Positions 1-12,507 of a DNA stretch of 64,000 nt are shown in pieces (position 1 is the first letter of the stretch; every line of letters starts with the position of its first letter). Where the stretch lies: assembly GCA_977020255.1 (NCBI GenBank), contig CDROCS010000295.1:62001-126000 (forward strand). The letters run 5' to 3'. Under the pieces are notes generated by a model that saw only the letters and a list, made by a program, of their open reading frames with translations, was not told the origin of the DNA and did not search any database. The position numbers and the translations under genes were made by a program. Source of the DNA: Obrimoposthia wandeli. Taxonomy: Eukaryota.

Positions 1-939
1 TTTCTGAAAATTAACATAGATGCATATGCACATATATTCATTCAATTATTTTCGACAAAATCATTCATTGTAGTTTGTCTCATGTTTTTTATACGAAATT
101 TTTCATTATTTTCTTTCATTTCGGTCAAATGGTTTCTTAGATCTGAATGAAATTTTTTTTATTTAAATAATCTACAATTTTGATTGTATCTGGTTTTATT
201 CTTCTCCAAAAAAGGTCAATCAAGAAAATTGTATTTACATCCACAGGAAACTCTTCATCTCTGTCCAAATGAGGCATACATACTTGAACTAATAGCTTAC
301 GATAAAATAAAATAAATATATTATCCCAGCGTCCATCAATTGTAAATTAGTATTTTTAGCCGCATGATGTCATATGTTGAGAATTAAACAAAAAGGTTAA
401 ACTTGTCACACATCACTGATGTCAACCATGCTTTGCTATTAGAATAAGTATCAATATTTTTTAAACACCTTGTCTTCTTTGAGTGGCCTATAATAAAGGG
501 TTTGATCTTAATCATTCCACTTGTATTTGTTTCAGAATTCTTTAGAATGTCCGATATTGTAGAAATACCCAATTTGATTCCATCTTTTCTTAAAATTAAT
601 GATTTTATTTTATGTTTTACATTTGAGTTTACATATTTTTGACTTGATTGGCACTTCTGTTCTTTTTCAGGTCATTTTCTTTACTGGTTCTTCAAATTAA
701 TGATTAAATTTATCATCCAAAATTCAAAATTTTTAAACCAAAATTATTTATTCATTTTATAATCCTAAATTTTCATTTTTACAAAGCGAAAAAAAACATT
801 TTTTCTCTCTTGTTAAATTTATAATCCTTAATCTTTATTTTTACAAGGTAAATAAATCAATTTTTTTTCGGATTACGGATTACTGGGTTCGGATTCATGA
901 AACAGATTTGCATTAATTCGTAACAAAATATTCATTACT

Positions 940-1006
940 GTCTATTTTTTCCGGAATATCGGGGTTTCTGGATTATCGGGGTTCGGATAATCGAGGGTTG
1001 ACCGTA
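940..1006. mobile_element. Single pogo/Tigger-type DNA transposon terminus (remnant)
   Basis: Reverse complement reads TA-CGGTCAACCCTCGATTATCCGAACCCCGATAATCC, which resembles Tigger/pogo TIRs next to a TA; no partner end found. Confidence 0.4.
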
Positions 1007-1559
1007 TTGGTCAATATCAAAGTTGATTTTAAATAATATTTCTTGCAAGCATTTTTGATTATTAAAATCGAAATAAAATTACATATCTGTTTAATAATTA
1101 TATAGATTTTTTTATACGATATTTTTAAAACATAAACTTTAAATATTATAAAATTTTGCATTTAAGATTTATTTTAAAATTGAGTGTTTGTTCATTTAAT
1201 AATTTAATGCAAAACTAATATTGCATTTTTAAAAAATAAAATTAGCATATATCACATAGTTTGTTGGAAATATAAAACTGCTATAAATAAAAAAATTTAA
1301 ATGATTAATTTAGTGCTCATCTAAATTTTTTCAATCAAATTTATTAACAAATTTCAATTTAATTCCTAGTTAAAAAATTTGGAATGTTTTTAAAATAAAA
1401 CTCATTTTTTAAACTTGGTTTTCTCATAATTATTAAAAAATTCTATATTAAGATCAATACAAAAATCTGATAAAATATGTTATATATAAAAATATATAAT
1501 GTTCTACTACTTTAAATTGAAGGTAAAACTACATATATATCAAAAGTATAAAACTGAAA

Positions 1560-2420
1560 TTGAAGCTAATCCAGTATAATCAGGTTATAAGTCAGCTGGT
1601 TAGCTCGACTTTCTCACACATAACGATTGCTTCATCAGTTGTCGATGTAACAATATCTTGTTCAAATGTAATTCCAAATTCTTTTAAATGTTGTTGGACT
1701 ATTATCTGTGAGTAGGTGGATGTGTCCGGTCTAATCCACACCCCCTTGTCCTTTAAAACCGTGCATGTGTGTGGAGTGAAATTTCACTCCACACACCTAC
1801 ACGAAATTTCACTCCACACACATGCACGGTTTTAAAGGACAAGGGGGGGAGGGGGTGTGGATTAGACCGGACACATCCACCTACTTCTGTGTATTAATGG
1901 CATTACAACTGCCAAGTATTCGCAAAGTCCCAGGTTAAAAAATACTGATTAATTGCAATAACGCTTGTTTGCCATACTTGTCCACTCGTCTAAAGTTAGC
2001 AAAATCTTTCACCACTTTCCACTTGTTTCTTCTTTCCGTTCCTTAACATAATAAATTACTAATTCCATTATTCTAATCGTTCTTTTGTGGTAAATTAAAT
2101 CCTTTATTAGCAATAGATTCTCTTATGAAAGAGATTTTAGTTATTCAATTTACCGTGAAGCCATCTTCGAATATTAATCTTGCAATAATTTCATTGAGAT
2201 GTGTTTTTTAAACAAAATTTAGAATATTGGTGCTAGTAGTACACAGTTTTTGGTAAAATTGGCTATTTGGTTGGCATATTCATCATTCGAGCGCTTTTCA
2301 TGAAGAGTCAATGGTTCAACATGAGTGTCGTGGTGGATCCCTTGCACGACATCCTATGTGGTCACTTTTTGCAGACGACTTCATTTCTATTTCAAACTTC
2401 GGCAGTCTTTCGATTAAACA
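1560..2420 (-). pseudogene. hAT transposase remnant, interrupted by the mini-Polinton at 1711-1885
   Basis: Minus-strand fragments: BED-finger-like VVCKK*PHRMSCKGSTTTLMLNH, catalytic LTLDEWTSMANKRY, then LGSCNAINTQ|IIVQQHLKEFGITFEQDIVTSTTDEAIVM continuing across the insertion; contains stops and frameshifts. Confidence 0.75.
1711..1885. mobile_element. 175-bp non-autonomous Polinton-derived element made only of TIRs (MITE-like)
   Basis: Starts AGTAGGTGGATGTGTCCGGTCTAATCCACACCCCC and ends GGGGGTGTGGATTAGACCGGACACATCCACCTACT, essentially the same termini as the Polinton at 29216-38347. Perfect 6-bp TSD tctgtg at 1705-1710 and 1886-1891. Confidence 0.9.
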
Positions 2421-3779
2421 TTATTAATCAGGGATAAAAAAATATTCAAATGTTGAGAGTTTTTTTTTATAAATGTGTAACATCTACCAGCTTCTATGGA
2501 AAATATCTAATTAACTTCTCATACACACTTTAAAACATATAATTATAATCAACTTATCTTTTCACTCTTATTTAATTGTGCATATTCAGAATTTTTTCCA
2601 CTTTGAAGAAAACTATCCATTACCTACTTTGTTTAAAATAATAAAGGAAGCCCTAAAGAAAGAAAATCTAAATTCCACATATTGAAAACAGTGAATACTC
2701 ATTTGTTTTCTTGAATGAAATTTTAAAAGGGGAAAGAATTTTTCAGTATTTTTTGTGGACGCCTTAGGTTGTAAAGTTTATTCATTTTATTCAAATAATG
2801 AGCAAAAATATTCGAATAACGAATAGCAAATTTTAATCAAAGTAGACGAATGGTAGTGTTAAATATATTCTAGTGTTAAACACAAGCTAAAACAAGCCAA
2901 AACAAGATGGAAGATAAGTGCTTGTTAAAACTGATGCTTGTTATATCTGAAGTATTTATGTAATTTTAATGTACAATGTACAACAATAAAAAATTACCAG
3001 TGTGTTATTATATATTGTGGTTTATTACATATTTTATTCATAAAAAATAATGATTTTTAAAATGTATTACTTATAAGCAATCGTAGGCCCATTTTTACTG
3101 TAGTTAGGAGTACGCAAAAAACAACAAAAGTTATTTAACTATAATATTTCTTTCTTGAATTGAGCAAGAATCCCACTTTCAAGAACTATTTATTCCCGAG
3201 AAAACTATTTGGCTTTAGCAGTACAAATCAATGGCTGATAATTCTCGATTTCTGGCTTTGTTGCTACAATCACATTAAGATAAAAATAGCTTTGAGATTA
3301 ATCAGGTAAACTACTGCGGATATTGCGACTTTGACTGCAAACACGGTGTGTATCACAACAATTAAAATATTTGACAACTGGCGGTAAGAGTCTGTAAACT
3401 CATTTTTGTTAATGATAAATTAAAATAAACTTATGTCAATACACAGCGTGTAAATGAAGTCAGTGTAGATTTTCTTTTTAAGATGCGCCGAAATTGTACA
3501 AAAATAACAGCAACATAATTCAATATAAAAATAATATTAAAATATTTTAATGACATTATTGGTTATGCACGGGTTTCAAATGAACAGAAGTCAGTGTAAA
3601 TATCGTGTTAGTTATGGCTAAATTATAGTTATTCACCTTAAGGCGACGCAGTTGCAAAGAAGACATTGGAAAGTATATTTATAAATCTATTGAGGGAATT
3701 TGTAAACTGAGATAACAAAATCGCCGAATAATCAAGATTTTGCTAATTAATCGTCGTCATTTATATGTCATATGTAAAA

Positions 3780-4227
3780 AAGCAAACATTGTAATGTCTT
3801 TTGCTTCGGTAAGTGAGTGTTGATTATTTTCTTTACAGTCTCAAAAAGCTGCATGTCAGTGAAACCAAGATTTTCAAAAGCGAGTAAGGCAAAATTGCAT
3901 GATCATTATCATCGTCTGAATCACTTTCTTTGCCTGCTTCCATTTCCCCTTCTCATAATCCTGAATGTCATGAATGAGCTCTTCCAGTGTAACTTCTTCC
4001 CTATTCGGAAACACAGCGACATCATCATCGACCGACAACCAGTACTCGAATATTATGAAACCGAACAAAAAGGTTGTTGTCTTTTCCTATCTAATGAAAT
4101 TAACGTATTTACAAACTAATTTTATTAAGCAAGTATTTTTCAGATAAAAATTCTGTCTCAAACCAATATGGATGCATTAACCAGGTGGTTTTATTATCAG
4201 TGGTTCCATGAAGCGTGGTCCACTGTA
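3780..4227 (-). pseudogene. pogo/Tigger transposase C-terminal remnant with one terminus
   Basis: ORF 3874-4068 (YWLSVDDDVAVFPNREEVTLEELIHDIQ) and downstream PKQKTL resemble Tigger C-termini; TA-CAGTGGACCAC-type end at about 4227. Confidence 0.35.
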
Positions 4228-5331
4228 TTACCAAATTTAAACTTATTATGTTGAATTCCATTTTTTTATAGTTTTGTTGTAACATTTATTCCACTTAAAA
4301 ATGGTAAAAGAGCTAAAAAAACACATTTTCATTTGCTATTGTGCCAATTCTTTTTTGCTAACTAAAAAGATAAATTATTTGATTTAACATTAAGTTTACA
4401 ATACGCTTGATGCAAAATTGTATTCAAATTCTCATCATTTCGCAATTAATTTTTATTGTAATTTCAAAGGAAAACTTCTATCACGAATGAACAATGTATT
4501 GGGCTGAAAATTTCCATATTTGTAAAAAAATATAAACTAATATAAACTAATATATGTACATTAGTGTTTTCTATATTGGCTCATAATTTTTATCAAAAAT
4601 CGAAAAATTTGGTACTTAAATTAAATTACTATAAATATTTTATTCCTATGGCAGATGTTGATTCCAAAATAATTTGAAAATTTCTAAGTTATTTAAAGAT
4701 CAACAATATCTGAAAATTTTAAGTTTAAATCGTTTTAAAAAATTATGAAGCTTTCGGTGACTTTGCAGATGTCAAAATTTTTCAAATCAAATCAGTTTAA
4801 TGTACTGATTTTTCAAAAGATATTAAAAGTAAAACTCATTGTCAATTTTAATCCTGATATATTAGGTTTTCTAAAATATTATGTGTCGTATAATATATCC
4901 TCAAAAAGGAAAGTTAAAACACAAAACACTGTAGTCCAGATTTTGGTGATTACTCATGCTTCACTCGCTGCATGGTCTATATATATTTCCCTGACATATA
5001 CAAATACATGTATTAAAATTCATATGTATTTACCTGACATATCTCAGATTAATTTCTGTTATATTGCATGTGAATTTAGGCATATGATACAACAATGTTC
5101 AAAGTTTAGAAATATGTGAAACAATCACTGTATGTAGGCAACATATCGTACCTAGCTTACACAACTTCTCTCCCAACAGAGAAAAACACAAACATTTCAG
5201 TTGTTGCCTATTTACACCACATAAACAGCCCAGAGTTAAAATAAATCCATTAAGAAAGAGAGATCAAATGTAATACATCTTCCAGTGGGTACGCACGTAG
5301 AGTTACAAATTTAAGATCAAGTTTATAGATA

Positions 5332-6173
5332 CAATGTAACCCCGTTATAACGAAATTCGAGAGAGTCAACAATCACTTTGTTATAATGGGGTTTCCGAAA
5401 TTCGCTAAATAAACCCCACAAAATGTGAAACAATAAAAGCAATATGACAATAATGCAATATAATTTGAAATATAATTAACAACATGTAATACATATGCGA
5501 GTACAAACATATGATGAATTCTTCGATGAATTGATAATTAATTATATTTTTTCTGAAATAAATCCGGGATTGTACTTAGTTTTGTTTTCGATATTTAATC
5601 AAATCTGCCTTGTAATTAGATGAATCAATGCCGTTTTCTTCTCAAAAATTACATAAACACGCTAGAGCGTTTTCGATCGCTTCTTTAGGGCATTTTCGTA
5701 TCCTTTTTTGGTTGACAGTACTCCTGGTCGTGTCTTTTTAATATTGTTAATAACTGTTAACGAGGAAGCCGACATATCATATCGCGCAGCGTTTGCTACT
5801 TTCTTTTCTCCTTTTCCATCTGATGAAATAATATCTATTTTGGTTTTTAGATCAAGTGTCTTTCGTTTAGTACTCACAACTACGTATAGAAGATAAACTG
5901 CATAAAAATGAACAATTAGATAAGAATAAAATTTATCTGTTTAGGATAGACAATAGATACACTGATAGGGCAAAGAAAATGCCGGTTAATTGCTGGAATT
6001 AACAACGGGATATTCCAAAATAGAATCTTAGAAATTTAAACATAATGATTCTTTTGATTCCAGAGACAACAAAAAATAAGTTTAAATTAAATAAAATATA
6101 TAAATTTCTACATACAGAGGTGATAAGTCAATTTTAGTCATCAACATCGTTTCGTTACAGCGGAGTTGAACTG
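5332..6173 (-). mobile_element. Internally deleted pogo/Tigger element with CENP-B/psq-type HTH fragment
   Basis: ORF 5662-5877 MSTKRKTLDLKTKIDII...ARYDMSASSLTVI matches the Tigger N-terminal HTH pattern; degenerate TIRs caatgtaaccccgttataacgaa and ttcgttacagcggagttgaactg. Confidence 0.65.
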
Positions 6174-7989
6174 CATATGTTTTCAATTATTTAATCTGTA
6201 TCCAGATATCTTAAAAATCACCAAAAAATATTATGCTGTCGCTTGTAACAAGATAAAAATGAAACTTTTGGTTTGATGCAACTGACATTTCTAACCACGG
6301 AAATATTGAATTTATATTTTAAAATAACAGTAAAGTGGAACTGATATATTGTAAAATGTTCGCCGTATTTGCAGAGAAAATTTAATTTCTCAAACGAATA
6401 AGAATTGATGTTTAACTAGTTTAGTCGAAAATGATAGATCTAACTAACAGGGAACTAAGAACTACGATAGATCAGGAACAGAAACTCTACATTCACCAAT
6501 TGGAAACTTCGATTTTAGTATACAGATTTACATGGAATCTTCGTACTTTATTTCTAGACATATTCATATGTAAAAATTTTACCCCTTCATTTCACTGAAA
6601 TATCTAATTGCTAATTGTATATGAATATATTTTAAATTCCTTTGTTTTTGGGTTGGTACAACTTTTATTACTTCATATTTTTGTATGACAAATGGAGATA
6701 AATTTTAGTAAAAACATTATCAAGAACATATTATGTCATTTTCCCATTTCGTTGGTTTTCAACAAACTTCACACTGACCATTAATAAAATTATCAAATAA
6801 ACAAATCGTTATTTGACGCTAACGGAAAAATTCACAATACAAATTTGAAAGCAATTTTTGTGAAAAATAAAAAATGACTATGGTAAATGAACTTGTTCGT
6901 AGTAATTATGAGCAGGCGAAGAAAACCCTACTAACATTTAGGACCGATTATCTTCACCCAATCAATAAGGACTGCACAAAACTGTAAGTTTTATAATTTT
7001 TATTCATTTCTTCAATTATAGACATTTCATCAAATTTCCTCTCCTGCACTATACTGATTTGTCTTTTCTGTTTTTCTCTAGTCATTTTTGAAACAAAAAT
7101 GTTTTCTAATATAACTAAATTTCCTCGCCGCCAAATAACCAAAATTGTGATAATTACTGTTCCTCTAATAGCCAAGAATTCATACAATCAATATTTTAGT
7201 CACTTTAAAAAAAGGCGACCGTCTCTGATATTAACCTGCGTTTACTTTTATGATTGAGACTCTACATATCTGCGATTCTGCAAATGAAAAAACAACACAA
7301 ACCTGCATAGTTTCATAACAGAAGCCCCTATTTTCATACATTAGTGCGATGTTGAGATCTGAATTGCAAAAAAACAAATAAAATATCCAGTAGACAAATA
7401 ATATCAAATCGATAAATAATCAAAAATTATATTACATAAACCAAAATAACAATTAAATGAAATTGTCTAATTAAACGTAAAATATTCATAAAATACGAAA
7501 AATTTAAATGTTAGGTTAAAAATTCAATTTGTTTTTACTAAGAATCAAAATTTCTATTCAGTAAATCTATTTTTAGTGATAAACATAAAAAATCCTAGAT
7601 TTAAAAACAATGATCTGGAACATGATTATGAGGTCTGGTAGTTCAGATGTAATGCTAGAAGACGTATCTTCGAGGCAAAATTTGGCCAAGAATTTACTAC
7701 TTAGTTCTACTGATAACTGTGTTCAACATCCTCATGTTCAATAGAAGTAAATTAGAATTACAGAATTGGTAAAAGTAAAATAAACAATCTTGTAATCGCA
7801 AATATTGCATTTAATTCAAGGCCCACTTGAAATTGAATTTTTTTGTTCTTAAGAAAAAGGACACTTGATAAATATATATTTACGTTAAATTACAAGATTT
7901 TTTTTCTTAATATTTTGCGTTCCCTTTTGCTGCTTACTTTTTACAGGACGTTGATTTGAAAGGTTTGATAAGAGTTAACTGGAAACCAT

Positions 7990-9368
7990 GTCACAATTCA
8001 AAAATAAAATAGCTGGCAACGACTGCGATTCTTTCTTTTCCATCTCCAATTGTCCTTGTAGTGTCGGCCGACTTTCCCGCTCATCATCACCATCATCAAC
8101 TGATTCATCTGATTCATCTGAATTTCAATAGCTGTTTTATGATGAGATTCAGGTCGCAGAACTGGTGGACATGTTGTTTTTTACTGTCTAATAGCAGATC
8201 ATGCCTAACTTCTTCAATTACCTACTTCAGCAATGTATCGTATTATTTTGTTAGCAAACGCCGAAATAGTTTTTGAATTTTCGGATCTTCTGGATCAGTT
8301 GTTGGAAGCTCTCAGATAGCTCTGCAATAATGTTTGTATTGTCAACACTTATCTCAAGGCTTCGTGGTATTCATTATCCTGTCCCTAATCATCAGTGTCA
8401 TGACTGTTATCTTCCTCAGCTGCAGCAACAATCTGCTTGTCTATATAAAACTTATGTCACAACCAGTTGGATTCCATGTGCAAAACACAGCTGTTGCTCT
8501 ACATCAATAACTTGACCCACCTTTGTTATCACGCTTGCGTCGACTGTACTTATGGAGACGATGTTATTGTTTTACGACAATGCAAATGTCGTTAATTTTA
8601 CTTGCACAAGGTCAACACACTTTGTAACTGAAGGGAACCATTTCTACATTCCAGAACTTTGTTTCTCGGTCATGGACATTCCCGTTCATGTAACGCTGAT
8701 TTTTCACCGACGTCCATTCATCAAATATAGATTAAATGTATGACATTCTTTCTTAGGTTCTGTATATTCTCCTGTAATCAACGAACGAACTCGACTATCT
8801 TGAGGTTCTAGGCTTTTTCGAATATCGGATGACGTCACATACACTCTATGTGGTAATCCATCACAGGCCTTCATTCATGAAATAGCAGCTTGCAGACTTC
8901 TTAAAAGGTGATGGACTGGCAGACGTTCCATCTGACCGTTTTAAGACATCTATGTTAGACTTCGTTTTCAGATGGATGTGTAATCTTTTAGAAGAACATA
9001 CGAAACATTTTAAAACATTGTTGCATTGCTTACATTTTGCAAACTGTTCGTTTTTCTCTCAAGAAATATCCCCAAACACTATCAGTCTCTAAAGAAATAT
9101 AACCCAGTTTTCCAAATGTAGCCATTAAGGATTGAAAATAGTATCTTATATAAAATATCAATACTATAAGTGACGTTTTACTGAACATGAAGCCAGTTAG
9201 CCATTCATTTATCTCATCTGTTTATGATGAGTTTATTAAAAATATTATTCGTCTTTTATCTCAAAAATACGGTGGAATTTGGGAATTCAATACTGGGATT
9301 TCATTGCAGGATTGACATAGCGGGATTACACGATCTCAGAAGATTGAGATTTTAAGATTGGTCACTGC
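7990..9368 (-). pseudogene. hAT transposase remnant (BED finger plus catalytic core) with a CAGTG terminus
   Basis: Minus-strand fragments DSVWGYFL...AKCKQCNNVLKC...LHIHLKTK (BED finger), IFDEWTSVKNQRYMN, QLCFAHGIQLVV and LIQKIRKF; end ggtcactg at about 9368. Confidence 0.8.
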
Positions 9369-9779
9369 GTTAAACGATGACTAAATCAAAGCACACACAA
9401 AAAAATACATCATGAAAATTCATATACAGAAAAAACCCACTGTCATAAATTCTCACATGAAAAATGCTAACACAGAAAAATGCTGACAAAAAAACTAACA
9501 AAGAAAGAAGTACATTTCCGCAACAAAAAAACTGAATATGTACACACATTATATACACCTTAAAGTTTTGAAATAAAGAATATTATACAATCTCGATAAT
9601 TTTCATAGAGGTCATTTTTTAAATTCAAAATAATGTAATCATTTTTTTTGTCTAAAGGCGTTTAAAATTTATTTTGTTTCATTCATGATTTTTCAGGTAA
9701 TAAAAAACAATAGTTACTGGTTCAAGAAAAAATCCGATTGACAAATAGATGTTAATATAAATCTCAAGTTGAATTCCCT

Positions 9780-10080
9780 TGCAGTATTAACCTTTGTTCC
9801 AATTCATGCTGTAAGAAATGTCTTTAGTTGAGCTTGTCACAGACTTCCAAATTTGAAAATATGAGGTGCTTACTAACTTATTTTCTACATGTATTGAGGT
9901 AGCAACATGTAGAGATTCCGAGTTTCCTATAAAAATATGGAATCGTCATGACGCTGCTCTAGAACGATCGCCTAAAACTGCAAACCAATTCCACTGCAGT
10001 CATCCAAGCGTGTGGTTTCTGTTTGATGGACTGCATAGGGATCTGGATTGTCATAACTTGACCCTGGTTAATGCACAGAT
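9780..10080 (+). pseudogene. Mutator (MULE) transposase C-terminal remnant
   Basis: AVLTFVPIHAV and EFPIKIWNRHD...HPSVWFLFDGLHRD parallel ALAFTP and MWNVRDRV...HPSIWHFLDVLQRE in the MULE at 57.9-59.3 kb. Confidence 0.65.
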
Positions 10081-11648
10081 AGGTCATCCAGAAGTGAAAA
10101 AGAAACATTATTTTCCAATTCTAGTCAGAAATTTACGCAATGTGTCAATGTGAAAGACAAACTAAACTATACGGAGATTGGCTAACTTACTATGACAAAA
10201 TTTTAATATAATTTTGTTTGTTGAATTATTTTGATCGGTATATAACTTAACTTGATTGTTTTGTCTTTTTGATACAACATTTTATTAGGAAAGATATATT
10301 TTAATTAATTTTGCAAATTTTTATTTATATCATTTTGCTGATAAAAAGTTTAAAAAATAACAGGTAAAAAGAATTAAACACGTTTTTGCAAACGATACTC
10401 TTTACTTTATAACTTTAGGGTTGATCTAATGCTTGTACATACTCAGCTATTTATTACAGAAATGTACTTCTTTCCTTGTCAGCATTTTTTATTTGACCAT
10501 TTATGATAGTTGCTTTTTTTAGCCAGATTTTCATGCGGGCTTTTATCGTGTGCGCTTTTGCCATATAATAATGTTAAATAGTATGTGTAGTTTGTTTTTG
10601 GAAACATCACAATAGGAATAACATGAAAATGTTTAATTTATTTCTCCGAAATTCAGAAAACAGCAGTGACATCTAATGATTTCAGGACTCTGAATTATTT
10701 GCTGTTTTTCAATATACAGTAAAATCTCTTTCTTTCTCTATCACACTGCATCACCAGCTATTCTCGAATCATTGACGTTTAGATAGTCATCTTCACAACC
10801 CCTTTGTCAACAACCAACCCCAACGAAAGTAAACAAATGTGTTATCTCAGATTTTCTTGTAAAGCCGCTTCAAAAAGTGAAAAAATCTCAAACTCCCCAA
10901 CGATACATGGTTTGATAAATGTTTATAATTCGTGTAGCTACGAGCTTTTCCAGATGTACATTCAATATATATTAATTAGTCTGTGGCTAATCATTATGTA
11001 TAGTTGATAAAATGTCATACCAGATATCATCGAATAATAGAGGTAGTTTCACGATTTCATAAATAGCACATTAGTGAAAGTTATACAGTGAGTATTTAGT
11101 CCATAAAGATTGCAGAGGCTAGTTGAGCAATTAAATTGTCAGAATTTACGGGTAACGTACTGACGAGGACATTTAAATCTTCGGTAAAAAAACTATCAGA
11201 TGTAATATACTTAAACCAGAACTTTGCACTATTAAATTGAAAACGTTAACGGTCTCAAATTAATATATTAGGATAGTTAAATGCCTAGGATATATTCACA
11301 GGGTACTCGTTAAAGTATGTTATATTTGATTAGTAGAATCTAACATGAAAAGTTTAATCCAAAAAGGTAGTGACAAATAAAATGACAGAAGGGCAATGTT
11401 TATGATGTCAAACAGATTCTGTTCAGGTTAGCTAATGCCATGTACTGATTTATATTATTATTCATTTATTTCCAAATGGGAGCGATGACACACAGAAAAG
11501 CCCTGTGGACAACAAAGTGACTAATTTCCGCAGTGTTACACAATTGCACCCTGAATCTTGTCCCCGGCAACGACCTGCAGTGTCACTGTCTATGTATCGA
11601 TAGACTAGTGTGACTCAGTGCACCAGCTGGCAGTAACCTTGCACTCAC

Positions 11649-11702
11649 TCTTGTTTGTGTCCAAAATCCAAGTCCGCAGATCCTCTACGTCCTCGGTCAC
11701 AT
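11649..11702 (-). CDS. Candidate small internal exon of a host gene (DVTEDVEDLRTWILDTNK)
   Basis: cctgcag acceptor and gtgagt donor; phase compatible with the candidate exon at 16085-16253; weakly spectrin-repeat-like. Confidence 0.25.
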
Positions 11703-12308
11703 CTGCAGGCGTACAAATATTCATTTGATGAGGTAAAACATCAACCGACAAATACAAGATTCAGATGCAGATGCAACTACAGTCAACTTTACACTCCTGC
11801 TTATATAAGCTCTCAGTTTTTGCAATTAAAAGTCTCCGAATGAAAAAATACATTTATATATGTTAAAAATATATAAAATTCTAAAAAAGTAGTATATGAC
11901 TTATTTAAATCTAATAAATGTTTTTATCATATTAAATCAATTGTTCTAGTTGTTAGTTTCGTTTAGTGTCAATACATACATATTACCACTTTATATTCAA
12001 ACAAGAATGTTGCTTTCTTTCGTCCTTGACCTTCGACTGATGATATCATGTGTTAATTCTGATATTGAGCATATCATGCATTTATTCAATCACTCTTGCA
12101 AACATACTAGAATAATATAAATAAATATAATAATTTAATATAGCATTTAAATATAATTGTATTTTATTTTAGCCATCTCACACTAGTGTTAATATTTTTA
12201 TCAGTTTTTAATACTTTTAACCGATGTGGAATTGATATTTATCCCACATTAATTTTGTCATTAATTTCTTTTAATAATAAAAAATAATGACTGGCCACTG
12301 AGTCAAGT

Positions 12309-12507
12309 GAGTGAATGTATATGCAGCCGCAATGTGTATGAAATGCCAATTTGGGATTCGGAGCTTTTTCGCATTCCAACCTATTCCGTGTTAAAGAGAG
12401 CGGTGAGCATGCCGCACTTTCACTACTATAGAATGGTGCCGGAACACAAAAAGCTACGAATCCCAAACTACCATTTAATACACATTGCAGCTGAATAACA
12501 TTCAGTC
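12309..12507. repeat. Imperfect inverted repeat (~70-bp arms), MITE-like hairpin
   Basis: tgaatgtatatgcagccgcaatgtgtat...ttgggattcggagcttttt pairs with aaaaagctacgaatcccaa...atacacattgcagctgaataacattca. Confidence 0.75.
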
